Shown in pieces: positions 19,955 to 28,496 of a stretch of 64,000 nt of DNA; position 1 is the stretch's first letter, and each line of letters starts with the position of its first letter. The notes below the pieces were generated by a model. The model saw only the letters and a list, made by a program, of their open reading frames with translations, was not told the DNA's origin and did not search any database. The stretch comes from an uncultured Solirubrobacterales bacterium (GTDB taxonomy: Bacteria > Actinomycetota > Thermoleophilia > Solirubrobacterales > 70-9), in contig CAVWBK010000005.1 of NCBI GenBank assembly GCA_963753245.1, positions 100,231-164,230 of the forward strand, read 5' to 3'. The position numbers and the translations under genes were made by a program.

Positions 19955-20326
19955 GTGAACCGGGTTCGCGGCGCCACGGCGTGGGCTGCGGGCGAACAGA
20001 CCTTTCAGAATCCGTTCGGCAAGCACCGCAAGCTCTCGCTGACGTTGGTCAGTAGCGTCAACGGGTGCTCGATCAAAGCGGGCCGGGCAGCGCTCTGCGG
20101 CCTGTTGACGCGCAGTCGCGCGAAGCCAAGTTGCGTGCTCCGGTTAGGGCCCCGAGGCCTGGCGCTGATTGACCGCCAAACTGCCGCCCACTCTTACTGC
20201 TCGCCACGGGAGGGGCCATTTTCTGAGGGCCTGTCCCCGATCTTCCCTACGGATGCGGTGAGCTCCCGGCGCGCCTTCGGAGGCAAACGGCCGATGGACC
20301 GCGGACACGGCCGCCAGCTCGGGTAG
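19955..20326 (+). CDS. Hypothetical protein (weak call)
   Basis: 123-aa GTG-initiated ORF ending 10 nt before pilD. GC3 is fairly high but the composition is odd (Arg/Ser/Cys-rich) and nothing is recognised. Confidence 0.2.
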   Translation: MNRVRGATAWAAGEQTFQNPFGKHRKLSLTLVSSVNGCSIKAGRAALCGLLTRSRAKPSCVLRLGPRGLALIDRQTAAHSYCSPREGPFSEGLSPIFPTDAVSSRRAFGGKRPMDRGHGRQLG

Positions 20327-20336
20327 AACTCCCGAC

Positions 20337-21086
20337 ATGACGGCGATCTGGGCGGCCTTCGCGTTTCTCGCCGGGTTAATCTTGGGCAGCTATGCCACCG
20401 CGGTCGCCTACCGCGTCCCGCGTGGCATTTCGACCGTATTACCGCGATCGGCGTGCCCGGCCTGCGACACCCCGATAGCGCCTTATGACAACGTGCCCGT
20501 ATTCGGCTGGCTGTTGCTGCGCGGTAGGGCGCGGTGCTGCGGCGCCCCGATCTCAGCGCGCTACCCACTCACCGAGCTCTCCGTCGGGCTGCTTTTTGTG
20601 GCGACGACCTTCGTCTACCACGGTGATCCCGCCGAAGCGGTCATCGGGATGGTGTTCATCACCATGCTCGCGGCGATCACGCTCACCGATCTCGAGCAAC
20701 GGGTGATACCGAACCGAATCCTTCTCGTCGGGGTGATCCTCTGCGTAGCAATCGCCGCTCCGACGGACCCGGGCGGGCTTCCCGAGCGGGCGATCGCCGC
20801 TGCGGCCGCCGGCGGCCTGATGTTCGCGGTCGTCCTCGCCTATCCGGCCGGCATGGGCCTCGGTGACGTAAAGCTGGTCGCGACGATGGGCCTCTTTCTT
20901 GGCCGGGCCGTCGCGCCAGCGATCTTGATCGCCCTGTTGGTTGGCTCCCTGGTCGGGCTCGTTCTGATCGCCCGTCACGGTCGCGAGGCCCGCAAGATGG
21001 CGATTCCCTTCGGCCCCTTCCTTGCCCTGGGAGGGGTCGTGGCGTTGCTGGTCGGAGACCAGCTGGTTAGTCTCTACCTCGGCTGA
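20337..21086 (+). CDS. pilD: Prepilin peptidase (A24 family) PilD
   Basis: 249 aa. N-terminal CxxC..CxxC-type region (SACPACDT..RARCCGAPIS) and catalytic Asp motifs including GLGDVKL. Confidence 0.9.
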   Translation: MTAIWAAFAFLAGLILGSYATAVAYRVPRGISTVLPRSACPACDTPIAPYDNVPVFGWLLLRGRARCCGAPISARYPLTELSVGLLFVATTFVYHGDPAEAVIGMVFITMLAAITLTDLEQRVIPNRILLVGVILCVAIAAPTDPGGLPERAIAAAAAGGLMFAVVLAYPAGMGLGDVKLVATMGLFLGRAVAPAILIALLVGSLVGLVLIARHGREARKMAIPFGPFLALGGVVALLVGDQLVSLYLG

Positions 21087-22003
21087 CGGATGGCTCGGTC
21101 GACCGCAGCCTGACTCTGGGTCTGTGTCTGAGCCTGGGGTCTGTTACCGCTCTTCGGTTCACCCAGCGGCGCCCGATTCAACTTGTTGGTTTCGACCAGT
21201 TGGATCTTCTTCAGTTCGAGCCGGAAGATGCGATGGTTGGCGCCGTAGACGAAGGTCTCCGGTGTGCCTGGTTCGAGCGCCACCATCTCGCAGGTTTCGC
21301 CACCGAGCACGCAGGTCGCTTCGCCGAAGACGGCGGTCACGTTGGATGAGACCAGCATCAGCGCCTTCTTGCCGTCGCTGGTGGGCCCCATGAAGATCGC
21401 CGCAGGGGTTTGGCGACCGGGCAGCATCGTCAGCTCAGGTTGGTTATTGCGAACTGTTGGCTTGGCCGTGCTCGCCTTACCGTTGGACGAGACGGGCACG
21501 ATGCGGACATCGATCGTCCAGGAGAAGTACTTCAGTTCGTGGGTGACCGTTGTCCCGCCGCCTCCGCCGCCTCCGCCGCCTTCTGGCGCGGGCGCCGATC
21601 CCCCCGATCCGGCCCCTTCTTCGGTCGTCGTCGGCGCTTCTTCGGTAGTTGTCGCCCCTGCTTCTTCGGCGGCGACGAAGCGCTGCTTGAAGGGGTCGGT
21701 AGCACGCAGGCCCTTCAGTCGCTTGCGGTAATCCCGCAGGCCGGGAACACTCTTGGTGACGACCAGGGCGGTCGGCTTCGCGGGCACGCTGGGGGGAGCG
21801 GCGGTTTCGCCTGATGCACTCGTGTGGCCTGATTCGCTGAGCGCGATCGGCACAGCGATGATGCCGGCGATCAGGACCACGACAAGCGGAAGCAGGTGGC
21901 GTTCGCGCAGCTCTTGGTAGAGATCTGAGATCGGGCCCGGAAGTTTGAACTTCGGCATCTTCTTCGGCATCTTGATCTCTGGGCCTTGCTTGAGGAGGTT
22001 CAT
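21074..22003 (-). CDS. PilP-like pilus assembly protein (hypothetical, single-pass membrane)
   Basis: 309 aa, last gene of the pilMNO arm. TM (LLPLVVVLIAGIIAVPIAL), RATDPF motif reminiscent of the PilP RDPF, Gly9 linker and a C-terminal beta-rich domain. Assignment rests on position and motif only. Confidence 0.5.
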   Translation of the reverse strand: MNLLKQGPEIKMPKKMPKFKLPGPISDLYQELRERHLLPLVVVLIAGIIAVPIALSESGHTSASGETAAPPSVPAKPTALVVTKSVPGLRDYRKRLKGLRATDPFKQRFVAAEEAGATTTEEAPTTTEEGAGSGGSAPAPEGGGGGGGGGTTVTHELKYFSWTIDVRIVPVSSNGKASTAKPTVRNNQPELTMLPGRQTPAAIFMGPTSDGKKALMLVSSNVTAVFGEATCVLGGETCEMVALEPGTPETFVYGANHRIFRLELKKIQLVETNKLNRAPLGEPKSGNRPQAQTQTQSQAAVDRAIRQPR

Positions 22004-22833
22004 TTGGCACCTTCAACGCTCGCCGAGGGGGTTCCTTCGGCCGTTTCTTCTCTTTCTTCAGTTGTTTCGGGGCTTTCGCTCGTTTCGCCGGATTCGCTCG
22101 TTTCGCCGGATTCGGTCGCTTCCCCGGGACCGGCGGGCGATGCCCCGACGGTCAGTCCCTGGTTGGGTGGAACGACGTAGGTCGTTACCGAGAAGTTCGC
22201 GTTGAGGATGGGGAAGCCTTTGGCACCCGCGCTCAGCGAGAAGCCATTGACAGTGATCAGGCGTCCATCGACCGCGATCTTCGAGTTTTCAGTTTCGACC
22301 AGTTGATCGACACCCTTGATGAAATCGGCGACGTTGAAGAAGCTGCCGCTAAAAGAGAGGTCGTAGGGCATGACGCCCAGGCCGGCCGGGCCAATGCTGG
22401 CGCCGAGTGGCAGCAGCGAGGCTTCCGCCTCGGTCGGCGGCACCGCTTCGGTTGAGGGGGTGCTCGCGGGTGGGGCCTGGGTTGCTTCTGAGCCTTCCAG
22501 CGCCCCGAGGGTGATGCTGTTGAACGTGACGTGCGATTGGTCGGCGATGTGATTGATCTGTATCAGTAGTGATGGCGTGTCATCGCCGGCCGGAACGGCC
22601 TTGCCGAGGACGACGAGCTGATGGTAGTTGTTGGCGAATTCGCGGCGCGCTGCCTGCGCTTCGGCCAGGGCGCTCTGCTGTTGGGCGAGCGTTGCCTGCA
22701 GGTTGGTGACTTCGCTCGAGAGTTCGTTGGCTTCGGATCGCTTCGGGCTGATCAGCAACACCCAGAAGGCGGCCGCGAGCGCGACGATGACGAGCATGCC
22801 GACTATGGTCCGTGTCGAGGACTCGACCTTCAT
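22000..22833 (-). CDS. pilO: Type IV pilus assembly protein PilO
   Basis: Start trimmed to MKVESSTRTIVGML, 1 nt after the pilN stop. TM plus coiled coil (LQATLAQQQSALAEAQAARREF). Acidic GETSES-repeat tail. Confidence 0.75.
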   Translation of the reverse strand: MKVESSTRTIVGMLVIVALAAAFWVLLISPKRSEANELSSEVTNLQATLAQQQSALAEAQAARREFANNYHQLVVLGKAVPAGDDTPSLLIQINHIADQSHVTFNSITLGALEGSEATQAPPASTPSTEAVPPTEAEASLLPLGASIGPAGLGVMPYDLSFSGSFFNVADFIKGVDQLVETENSKIAVDGRLITVNGFSLSAGAKGFPILNANFSVTTYVVPPNQGLTVGASPAGPGEATESGETSESGETSESPETTEEREETAEGTPSASVEGAK

Positions 22834-22834
22834 C

Positions 22835-23545
22835 TCAGCCGCCTTCGACTTCGGTCGCGCTCGCCAGCGTTGACACCGGTGCGGCGTCAAATGCGGCGAC
22901 GAGCTGGAACTGAGCGATGAAGTTCCGGGTCTGGCAGTTGGCGGACTCTTCGCCGCCTTCGCCGCCTTCGCCGCTAGAGGATCCGCCTTCGCCTTCGGGA
23001 AGGTTTGAGTACTGCATCGCGACCCGGGTCACGCCTTCGATGTCCTTGAGCGCGGTGACGAAACCGGCGACGGCGTCCTGGCCGCTCGCGCAGCCGACGA
23101 TCTCGAGGGCTGGGCCGGGCACCGAGGCGCGCAGCCCGACGCCGGCGGAGCCATTGACCGAGACTTCCGGAGTGACGCTGCCGCTTAGGTTCGTCAGCCA
23201 GACGTCGTGGGGAAGGATCAGGGAGACTTCGCGCAGGACGCGTTCCCAGTCAAAGCGGCTCTCGGCCAGGCCGGTCACCGTTTCGACTCTCTCTTGGTGG
23301 ACTTCACGAAGCTGGGTGTAGGCCGCGAGCTGGGAGACCCGCGCTTCGACGCTGGCGATTTCAGCGCTCAGTTCGCTCGCTTCGGCCTTGCTCGCCGAGA
23401 TCTGGTTGTTGGTGGTGACCAGCAGCGTGACGCCGGCAAGCAGCACGACAAGGGCGCCGACCAGAATGTAGGCGAGCGGTCCGCCACGTGCGGCGCTGGC
23501 GGAGCCGCGGCGGTCGTTCTCGGGGATTAGGTTTACCGGTCTCAT
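22835..23545 (-). CDS. pilN: Type IV pilus assembly protein PilN
   Basis: 236 aa. N-terminal MRPVNLIPE motif, TM and coiled coil. Confidence 0.8.
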   Translation of the reverse strand: MRPVNLIPENDRRGSASAARGGPLAYILVGALVVLLAGVTLLVTTNNQISASKAEASELSAEIASVEARVSQLAAYTQLREVHQERVETVTGLAESRFDWERVLREVSLILPHDVWLTNLSGSVTPEVSVNGSAGVGLRASVPGPALEIVGCASGQDAVAGFVTALKDIEGVTRVAMQYSNLPEGEGGSSSGEGGEGGEESANCQTRNFIAQFQLVAAFDAAPVSTLASATEVEGG

Positions 23546-23548
23546 CGT

Positions 23549-24634
23549 CTAGCTTTCGAGCGCGAGGCCGTAGGAGAGCGTGAGGCGAGCCGCAGTGTGG
23601 GGATCGAAGTCGGCGAGGGCCTCGGGTCGGCCGATCTCACAGGGCAGGCCGAGGGAGCTCTCGATCCGCTCGGGCAGACCGCTGATCGCGCTTCCGGGGC
23701 CGGAGAGAACCACTTGGTTGACCGCCACTGCCCCGGCCTGGGCGCCGTAGTAGTCCAGCGAAAGGCGAAGCTCGTCCTGGAGGTTTGAGGCACCGGCTTC
23801 CAGCGCCGCGCGAGCGGCGCTGATCGCGCCCGGGTCGCCGGCGATCGACTCAAGCGGCTGCGAGAGGCCAACGTGCTCGAGCCACATCTGGGAGTGTTCC
23901 TGGGTCAGGCCGGCGGTTTTGGAGAGCTGATCGGCGATCGACTCCAGACCGGCCGGGGCGACCCTCGTGAAGAGGCAGGCGCGACCCTTTGCGACCGCCA
24001 GGTTGCTGGTGTCGCCGATGTTGCAGTAGAGGGTCGCGCTCGGTGCTTGCTCGGATGTCTCGGGAGCCGCGGCGCCGGCCAGTGCGCGGATCATTCCGAA
24101 AGAGGAGAGGTCAACGCCGACCGGCCGCAAGCCGGCCTTGCGCAACGGGGCGAGGCAGGCCCCGATCATGTCCCGGCGAGCCGCGACGACGACGACGTCG
24201 ATCTTGGGCCCGGCGTCTTGGTCCTCCTCGGCGCCTGGCACCGCAGCGGCACCACCCACCACGCGGTGGTCGAGAATCGCCTGATCGAGGGGCATCGGGA
24301 TTTGCTCCTGCGCTTGGAAGCGGATCGCCGCATCGAGCTCCTTTGGATCCTCGATCGCGGGCAGGCGCAGGGTTCGCACGACGACGCGTTGGTTGGCGAT
24401 GCCAAGCCGGACCCGCTTGGAGAGCTTGTTCTCGGCAAACAGTGACTTCAGCGCCGCCACCAGGGCGTCGCCGTCGCCGACCTCACCGTCGCTGAAAGCC
24501 TCAGGTGCGAGTGGGCCGATCGCGGCCGCGCTGACGCGCGCACTGCCGTTGGCCCGAACCTCGGTCGCGGCGATGCTGCCGGCCTCGATCTCGAGACCGA
24601 CCAGTGATTTCTCTCTCTTGCGGGTGATCTGCAT
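23549..24634 (-). CDS. pilM: Type IV pilus assembly protein PilM (actin-like ATPase fold)
   Basis: 361 aa. LVGLEIEAGSIAATEV N-terminus and a DIGDTSNLAV phosphate-binding-like motif. Confidence 0.85.
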   Translation of the reverse strand: MQITRKREKSLVGLEIEAGSIAATEVRANGSARVSAAAIGPLAPEAFSDGEVGDGDALVAALKSLFAENKLSKRVRLGIANQRVVVRTLRLPAIEDPKELDAAIRFQAQEQIPMPLDQAILDHRVVGGAAAVPGAEEDQDAGPKIDVVVVAARRDMIGACLAPLRKAGLRPVGVDLSSFGMIRALAGAAAPETSEQAPSATLYCNIGDTSNLAVAKGRACLFTRVAPAGLESIADQLSKTAGLTQEHSQMWLEHVGLSQPLESIAGDPGAISAARAALEAGASNLQDELRLSLDYYGAQAGAVAVNQVVLSGPGSAISGLPERIESSLGLPCEIGRPEALADFDPHTAARLTLSYGLALES

Positions 24635-24713
24635 AGCTGGACGGATGATCTATCGGCAGCAGGGGCCAATAACTGGAGTCCGCAAGCCCTTTTTCAGAGC
24701 TGAAGGACGGTCT

Positions 24714-24737
24714 CCTGCAGCCTGGCCTGGCTGCAGG
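24714..24737 (-). terminator. 9-bp hairpin between the minor-pilin genes and pilM (terminator or processing site)
   Basis: CCTGCAGCC (24714-24722) pairs with GGCTGCAGG (24729-24737), 1 nt downstream of the pilX-like stop on the minus strand. No U tract. Confidence 0.25.
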
Positions 24738-24738
24738 C

Positions 24739-26334
24739 TCAGCCGGTGGTCTCGCGCCCGATGATCCAGGCGGAGCCGGTGGGTTCGATGAAGCTCGGGG
24801 GCTCGAGGTAGCGCAGCCGGTCGTCGTATTTGTAGTTCTTGAGGTAGCCGGTGCCGTTGCCACCTGAGGTGCCGACCGGCCCCCTGAACTTCTGCCCGAT
24901 CGCCCCTTCCAGGGTCAGCGTGCCCATCTGCGCACCGCAGTCGTAGTTATCGACGATGAAGGAGTGCTTGATCGCCAGCACGGCGGCGTCGATCACCGGA
25001 TTGGTCATCGAACCGGTGCCATTGGTGCCGTTGGAGCAGGGGTGGTAGACGCGGATGAAGTTGTTGGCGATCAGGCCCAGCATTCCGGCGCCGCTCGCGG
25101 TCGTGCACGAGGCGCGACACAGGGAGCCGTCGATGATCACGTCGTTTTCGGCCGCGACCGTCAGCTGGCCGGTGTAGGTGCCGTGGATGTAGACGTTGCC
25201 GCAGCCCGCGGTCGCGTTTTCGTTATAGACGAGGTTGAAGGGCGAATAGACCGCCGAGCAGCTCGTGTTTGAGTCATAGACGACGCCGTTGGGCGGGATC
25301 GGCTTCGAGGTCGCACCGGCGCAGGTCGCCGAGGTCGCGCTCACTTTCATATTCGCGCCTTCGAGGCAGATGTGATTCTGGCCTTTGAGCGAGTAACCGC
25401 TTTCGGCCAGGGTTTTGAGTTTGGAGTTTGTTTCCGGTGGCATCAGAATCGGCGCCGAGGTGATCCGGGTGCCGTTGAATTTAGGGGCGCTGCCGTTGCA
25501 GCTCGAGTACCAGCCCGGGCTTTTCGCCCCCGTCTCGATCAGGTCGGCCTGGCCTTCGCGACCGAAGACCGGGTTGCCGCAGATCGAGATCGCATCGTTG
25601 GTGTGCAGCGGGCCATTGATCGTGTCGCCGGTGACAAAGTTGATCTTGTTGCAGTATTCGTATTCGGTCTGGCCTCTGCCGTTCTTGTGGCCGGTGCCGG
25701 GGATCGGGTTTTCGTAACGCCCCTGTTCGTAGGTCAGTTCGCACTGCGAGTAGGCACCGGTCAGTTCAGGCGATGGATTCGGATAGCCGTAGGTCACCGG
25801 GTCAGATGTCTCCAGCTGGGTGAAATAGACGTAGTCGAGGAAGCTCGGCCGCTTGAAGGTGGCGACAATCCTTGCCGTCGAGCTGCCAAAGTAACCGGTC
25901 GCGCGAATTCGAAATGAGCCGGTCAGTTCACCGCTCTGCTCGATCATGCTTTCGGTCGGCGCCGTCGTCTTGCAGCTCGACTGCCCGGTCGCCGGCAGCA
26001 GTTCGATCGCGTAGGTCGCTTCTGCCTCACCGGGCACCGATAGGCGCTTGGTCGTTGAGCCGATCTGGTTGACCGCGTTTGGTTCCGGCACGTTGGTGCA
26101 CTTGGACCAATAGAGCGGATCGGAATAGAGATGGAAGGCGTAGTTTTCGATCCCCGCCTTGGCGGCTTCATAGGCCTGCTTGTTGGTTTCATCGCGGCTG
26201 GTCAGGCTGATGTCACCCTGCACGGCGGTGACCGTGACCAGCGCGAGCGCCATCATCACCGTGATCCCGATCAGGGTCGCGATCATCGTGAAGCCGGCCT
26301 CTGGGCCCCTGCTGTCGACCGGCGTCATTCGCAT
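24739..26334 (-). CDS. Large PilX-like minor pilin / putative tip-associated protein
   Basis: 531 aa. Prepilin-like N-terminus ..PEAG|FTMIATLIGITVMMALAL lacks Glu5, as GspK/PilX-type proteins do. Long Gly/Asn/Thr-rich C-terminal region. Confidence 0.65.
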   Translation of the reverse strand: MRMTPVDSRGPEAGFTMIATLIGITVMMALALVTVTAVQGDISLTSRDETNKQAYEAAKAGIENYAFHLYSDPLYWSKCTNVPEPNAVNQIGSTTKRLSVPGEAEATYAIELLPATGQSSCKTTAPTESMIEQSGELTGSFRIRATGYFGSSTARIVATFKRPSFLDYVYFTQLETSDPVTYGYPNPSPELTGAYSQCELTYEQGRYENPIPGTGHKNGRGQTEYEYCNKINFVTGDTINGPLHTNDAISICGNPVFGREGQADLIETGAKSPGWYSSCNGSAPKFNGTRITSAPILMPPETNSKLKTLAESGYSLKGQNHICLEGANMKVSATSATCAGATSKPIPPNGVVYDSNTSCSAVYSPFNLVYNENATAGCGNVYIHGTYTGQLTVAAENDVIIDGSLCRASCTTASGAGMLGLIANNFIRVYHPCSNGTNGTGSMTNPVIDAAVLAIKHSFIVDNYDCGAQMGTLTLEGAIGQKFRGPVGTSGGNGTGYLKNYKYDDRLRYLEPPSFIEPTGSAWIIGRETTG

Positions 26335-27020
26335 GGCGGGTTGATCGCTCCGGTGCTGGCATTGGGCGGGGTGAGGCGCAGCAGGGCGCTGTCTTGGATC
26401 TGGGCCGCGCCGTGGGCATCGATCACCGGCGAACCCGGCGGGCTCACCTTCAGCGCGACATTGACCTGGGCGGCAAGTTCGGCGTGTTCTTCGCTGAGCG
26501 GGGTCGCGAGGCTGGTCGCCGAGACCTGGCCGCCGGTCAAGAGGAAATAGCTGAAGATCGGAGTTGTGCCCGAGACAGCGCTGACCTGAGTTGCCAGCGC
26601 GCGCGGGGTGCCTGCGACCGGGGTTGTGTTGAAGATCGGTTCGGCCATCGTGCCCGATTTTTGGGCGTAGTCGGTCTGGGTCAGGGTGGTGCCGGTCAGG
26701 GTCACGGTGCTCAGAACCGGGGTCGGCGTGACTTCTGAGCCGCTACCGTGGATGAAGCTCAGCGAGGTGCCGCTGCTTTCCTTTTGCACCGGAGCGAGGC
26801 CGGGGGCGATGCAGGCGGAGTGCAGCTCGGTGATCAGGCCATGCACGGCCGTGCGCGCGTTCTGGGTCGAGTGAACCCGATTGGTGACCCTGGTGGTGTC
26901 ATGCATCGAGGCGACCACCATCATCGTCAGGCCGAGGAAGACGACGGATCCAGCGGAGATCGCGACGAGCAGCTCGACCAGGGTGATGCCCGACTCGTCC
27001 TTGAGGGAAGGCTTGCTCAC
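26325..27020 (-). CDS. PilW-like minor pilin
   Basis: 231 aa. Prepilin motif ..DESG|ITLVELLVAISAGSVVF with Glu5. Overlaps both neighbouring genes. Confidence 0.7.
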   Translation of the reverse strand: MSKPSLKDESGITLVELLVAISAGSVVFLGLTMMVVASMHDTTRVTNRVHSTQNARTAVHGLITELHSACIAPGLAPVQKESSGTSLSFIHGSGSEVTPTPVLSTVTLTGTTLTQTDYAQKSGTMAEPIFNTTPVAGTPRALATQVSAVSGTTPIFSYFLLTGGQVSATSLATPLSEEHAELAAQVNVALKVSPPGSPVIDAHGAAQIQDSALLRLTPPNASTGAINPPCE

Positions 27021-28393
27021 GGACAGGCGCCTTCCGGGGAGTTCGCTTCGATTTTGATCGTCAGCGCATTGACGGGACTGTGGACGGCGATCGTTTCGAT
27101 CTGATGTCTGACCTTCGTGTTCTTATTCGATTCGAGTCCCGTGGTCACCGAGCCGGAGGCGCAGACTTCGTAGGTGCTCCAGGGCAGGCCGAGTTCCTTT
27201 TCTTCGACTTGACCCGACGCGTTGGTCAGCCCCAGGCTACGCGACACTTTGCTACCGCTGACTTCGCATTCGGTGTCGGTGACTTTCACCGCGGCGCCGC
27301 TGAAGATCATTTCCGATTCACTCTTCTTGTTGGCTGCGGTTTCCATCTTCTTAATTGTCGGCTGCAGGGAGGGCAGGGTGATCGTCTGGGTGGCCGCCGT
27401 CCCGTTGGCCGGTACCAGGACGCTGGCGATGGCGCCACCTTCAATTGGATTGTTGGTGGTGCAGGCGCCGGCGTAGAAGACGTCCTTTGAGCTAAAAGGA
27501 AAGAGCGGCGTGGCTTTGAATTCGCCGGTGCTCATCTTGGTCCCGGCCGTGCCGAAGGATTTCGCCGTGGTCATCCCGGTGTTGTAGGCGATCAGAAATT
27601 CATTGGTCTTATCGGTGACGGTCGCGCCGCTGTATTTCGTCGTCTGCAACTTGAGCGGCACCGAGCCGGGCAGGTCGTAGTTCAGGTTGACCGTGTTCGT
27701 CCCCCGGGCGCTGACTTTGATTTTTTTCGGCGCCGGCGTGTTGCCATCGGCGTCGACGACGCCGACCGCCGTGCCGCTCGTGGTCAGCGTGTATTCACCG
27801 GCCGCCTGTTCGAGGAAGATCGCGCAGCCGCTGGCGTTGGTCGTGCCGCTGAAGGTGCCGGCGCCGGTGCCGGTGAGGCCGATTCCAGACAGGGGGGCGC
27901 CGCTGGCGTTGGTGGCGATGAAGACGAGGGTCCCCGCCGCCGGGTTCAGTGAGCCGTTCGGCGGCGCGATGATGTTGTGGATTTCGGTTGGGGCTATCGG
28001 GCCCATACCCGGCCAGGTCACCTTGGAGGCGACCTTGACGTAGTCGACTGTGGAGCCACCGTTTGCACAGCTCAGGTCCCCGCCGGTGGTGTTATTGGTG
28101 AATTTGGCGCTTGATTCGATCGTGAAGGTCGTGTTGTCGATCGGGACTTCGCGAGTCAGCGTGTAATTCTTGAGACTCGAGATCGACATCCCCCGCATCC
28201 GTGTCTGGTCTTCCTGGGCGAGCGCATAGGACTCAGACTTGTTGCGCTGGTCATTGGCGGTGTGGATCGAGGACTGCATCAGGGCCATGATTCCGGTCGC
28301 CGCGATGATCGCGATCACCCCGCTGATCAGGACCTCGATCAGAGCAAAGCCCGCCTCGGGCGACGGGCTCAATCGGCCTCGCGGGGAATCCAT
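27017..28393 (-). CDS. PilV-like large minor pilin
   Basis: Start trimmed to MDSPRGRLSPSPEAG|FALIEVLISGVIAIIAATG (Glu5 present). 458 aa with a Thr/Gly/Asn-rich beta-type C-terminal region. Confidence 0.7.
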   Translation of the reverse strand: MDSPRGRLSPSPEAGFALIEVLISGVIAIIAATGIMALMQSSIHTANDQRNKSESYALAQEDQTRMRGMSISSLKNYTLTREVPIDNTTFTIESSAKFTNNTTGGDLSCANGGSTVDYVKVASKVTWPGMGPIAPTEIHNIIAPPNGSLNPAAGTLVFIATNASGAPLSGIGLTGTGAGTFSGTTNASGCAIFLEQAAGEYTLTTSGTAVGVVDADGNTPAPKKIKVSARGTNTVNLNYDLPGSVPLKLQTTKYSGATVTDKTNEFLIAYNTGMTTAKSFGTAGTKMSTGEFKATPLFPFSSKDVFYAGACTTNNPIEGGAIASVLVPANGTAATQTITLPSLQPTIKKMETAANKKSESEMIFSGAAVKVTDTECEVSGSKVSRSLGLTNASGQVEEKELGLPWSTYEVCASGSVTTGLESNKNTKVRHQIETIAVHSPVNALTIKIEANSPEGACP

Positions 28394-28467
28394 GCGACGT
28401 TCATCGGTTTGCGGACCCCCTGGCTTTAGCCCCAGATACCCACAAATCCCATCGCGAAGCGAGATCG

Positions 28468-28496
28468 GCCAAAGCTTCAGTAAGTAAAGCTTTGGC
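28468..28496. promoter_or_regulatory. Perfect 10-bp inverted repeat in the divergent pilV-like/hxlR promoter region
   Basis: GCCAAAGCTT (28468-28477), 9-nt spacer, AAGCTTTGGC (28487-28496). Confidence 0.4.

Noticed and set aside
19247-20026. 259-aa minus-strand ORF in the pil-locus spacer.
   Set aside because: It is Arg/Pro/Ser-rich, and codon third-position bias favours the plus-strand frames. I treat it as the shadow of the decayed plus-strand gene.
22020-22140. Tandem 18-bp direct repeats (GCTCGTTTCGCCGGATTC x2), considered as a possible CRISPR-like or regulatory repeat.
   Set aside because: They lie inside the pilO coding frame and encode the GETSES acidic tail. There are only two units and no spacers.
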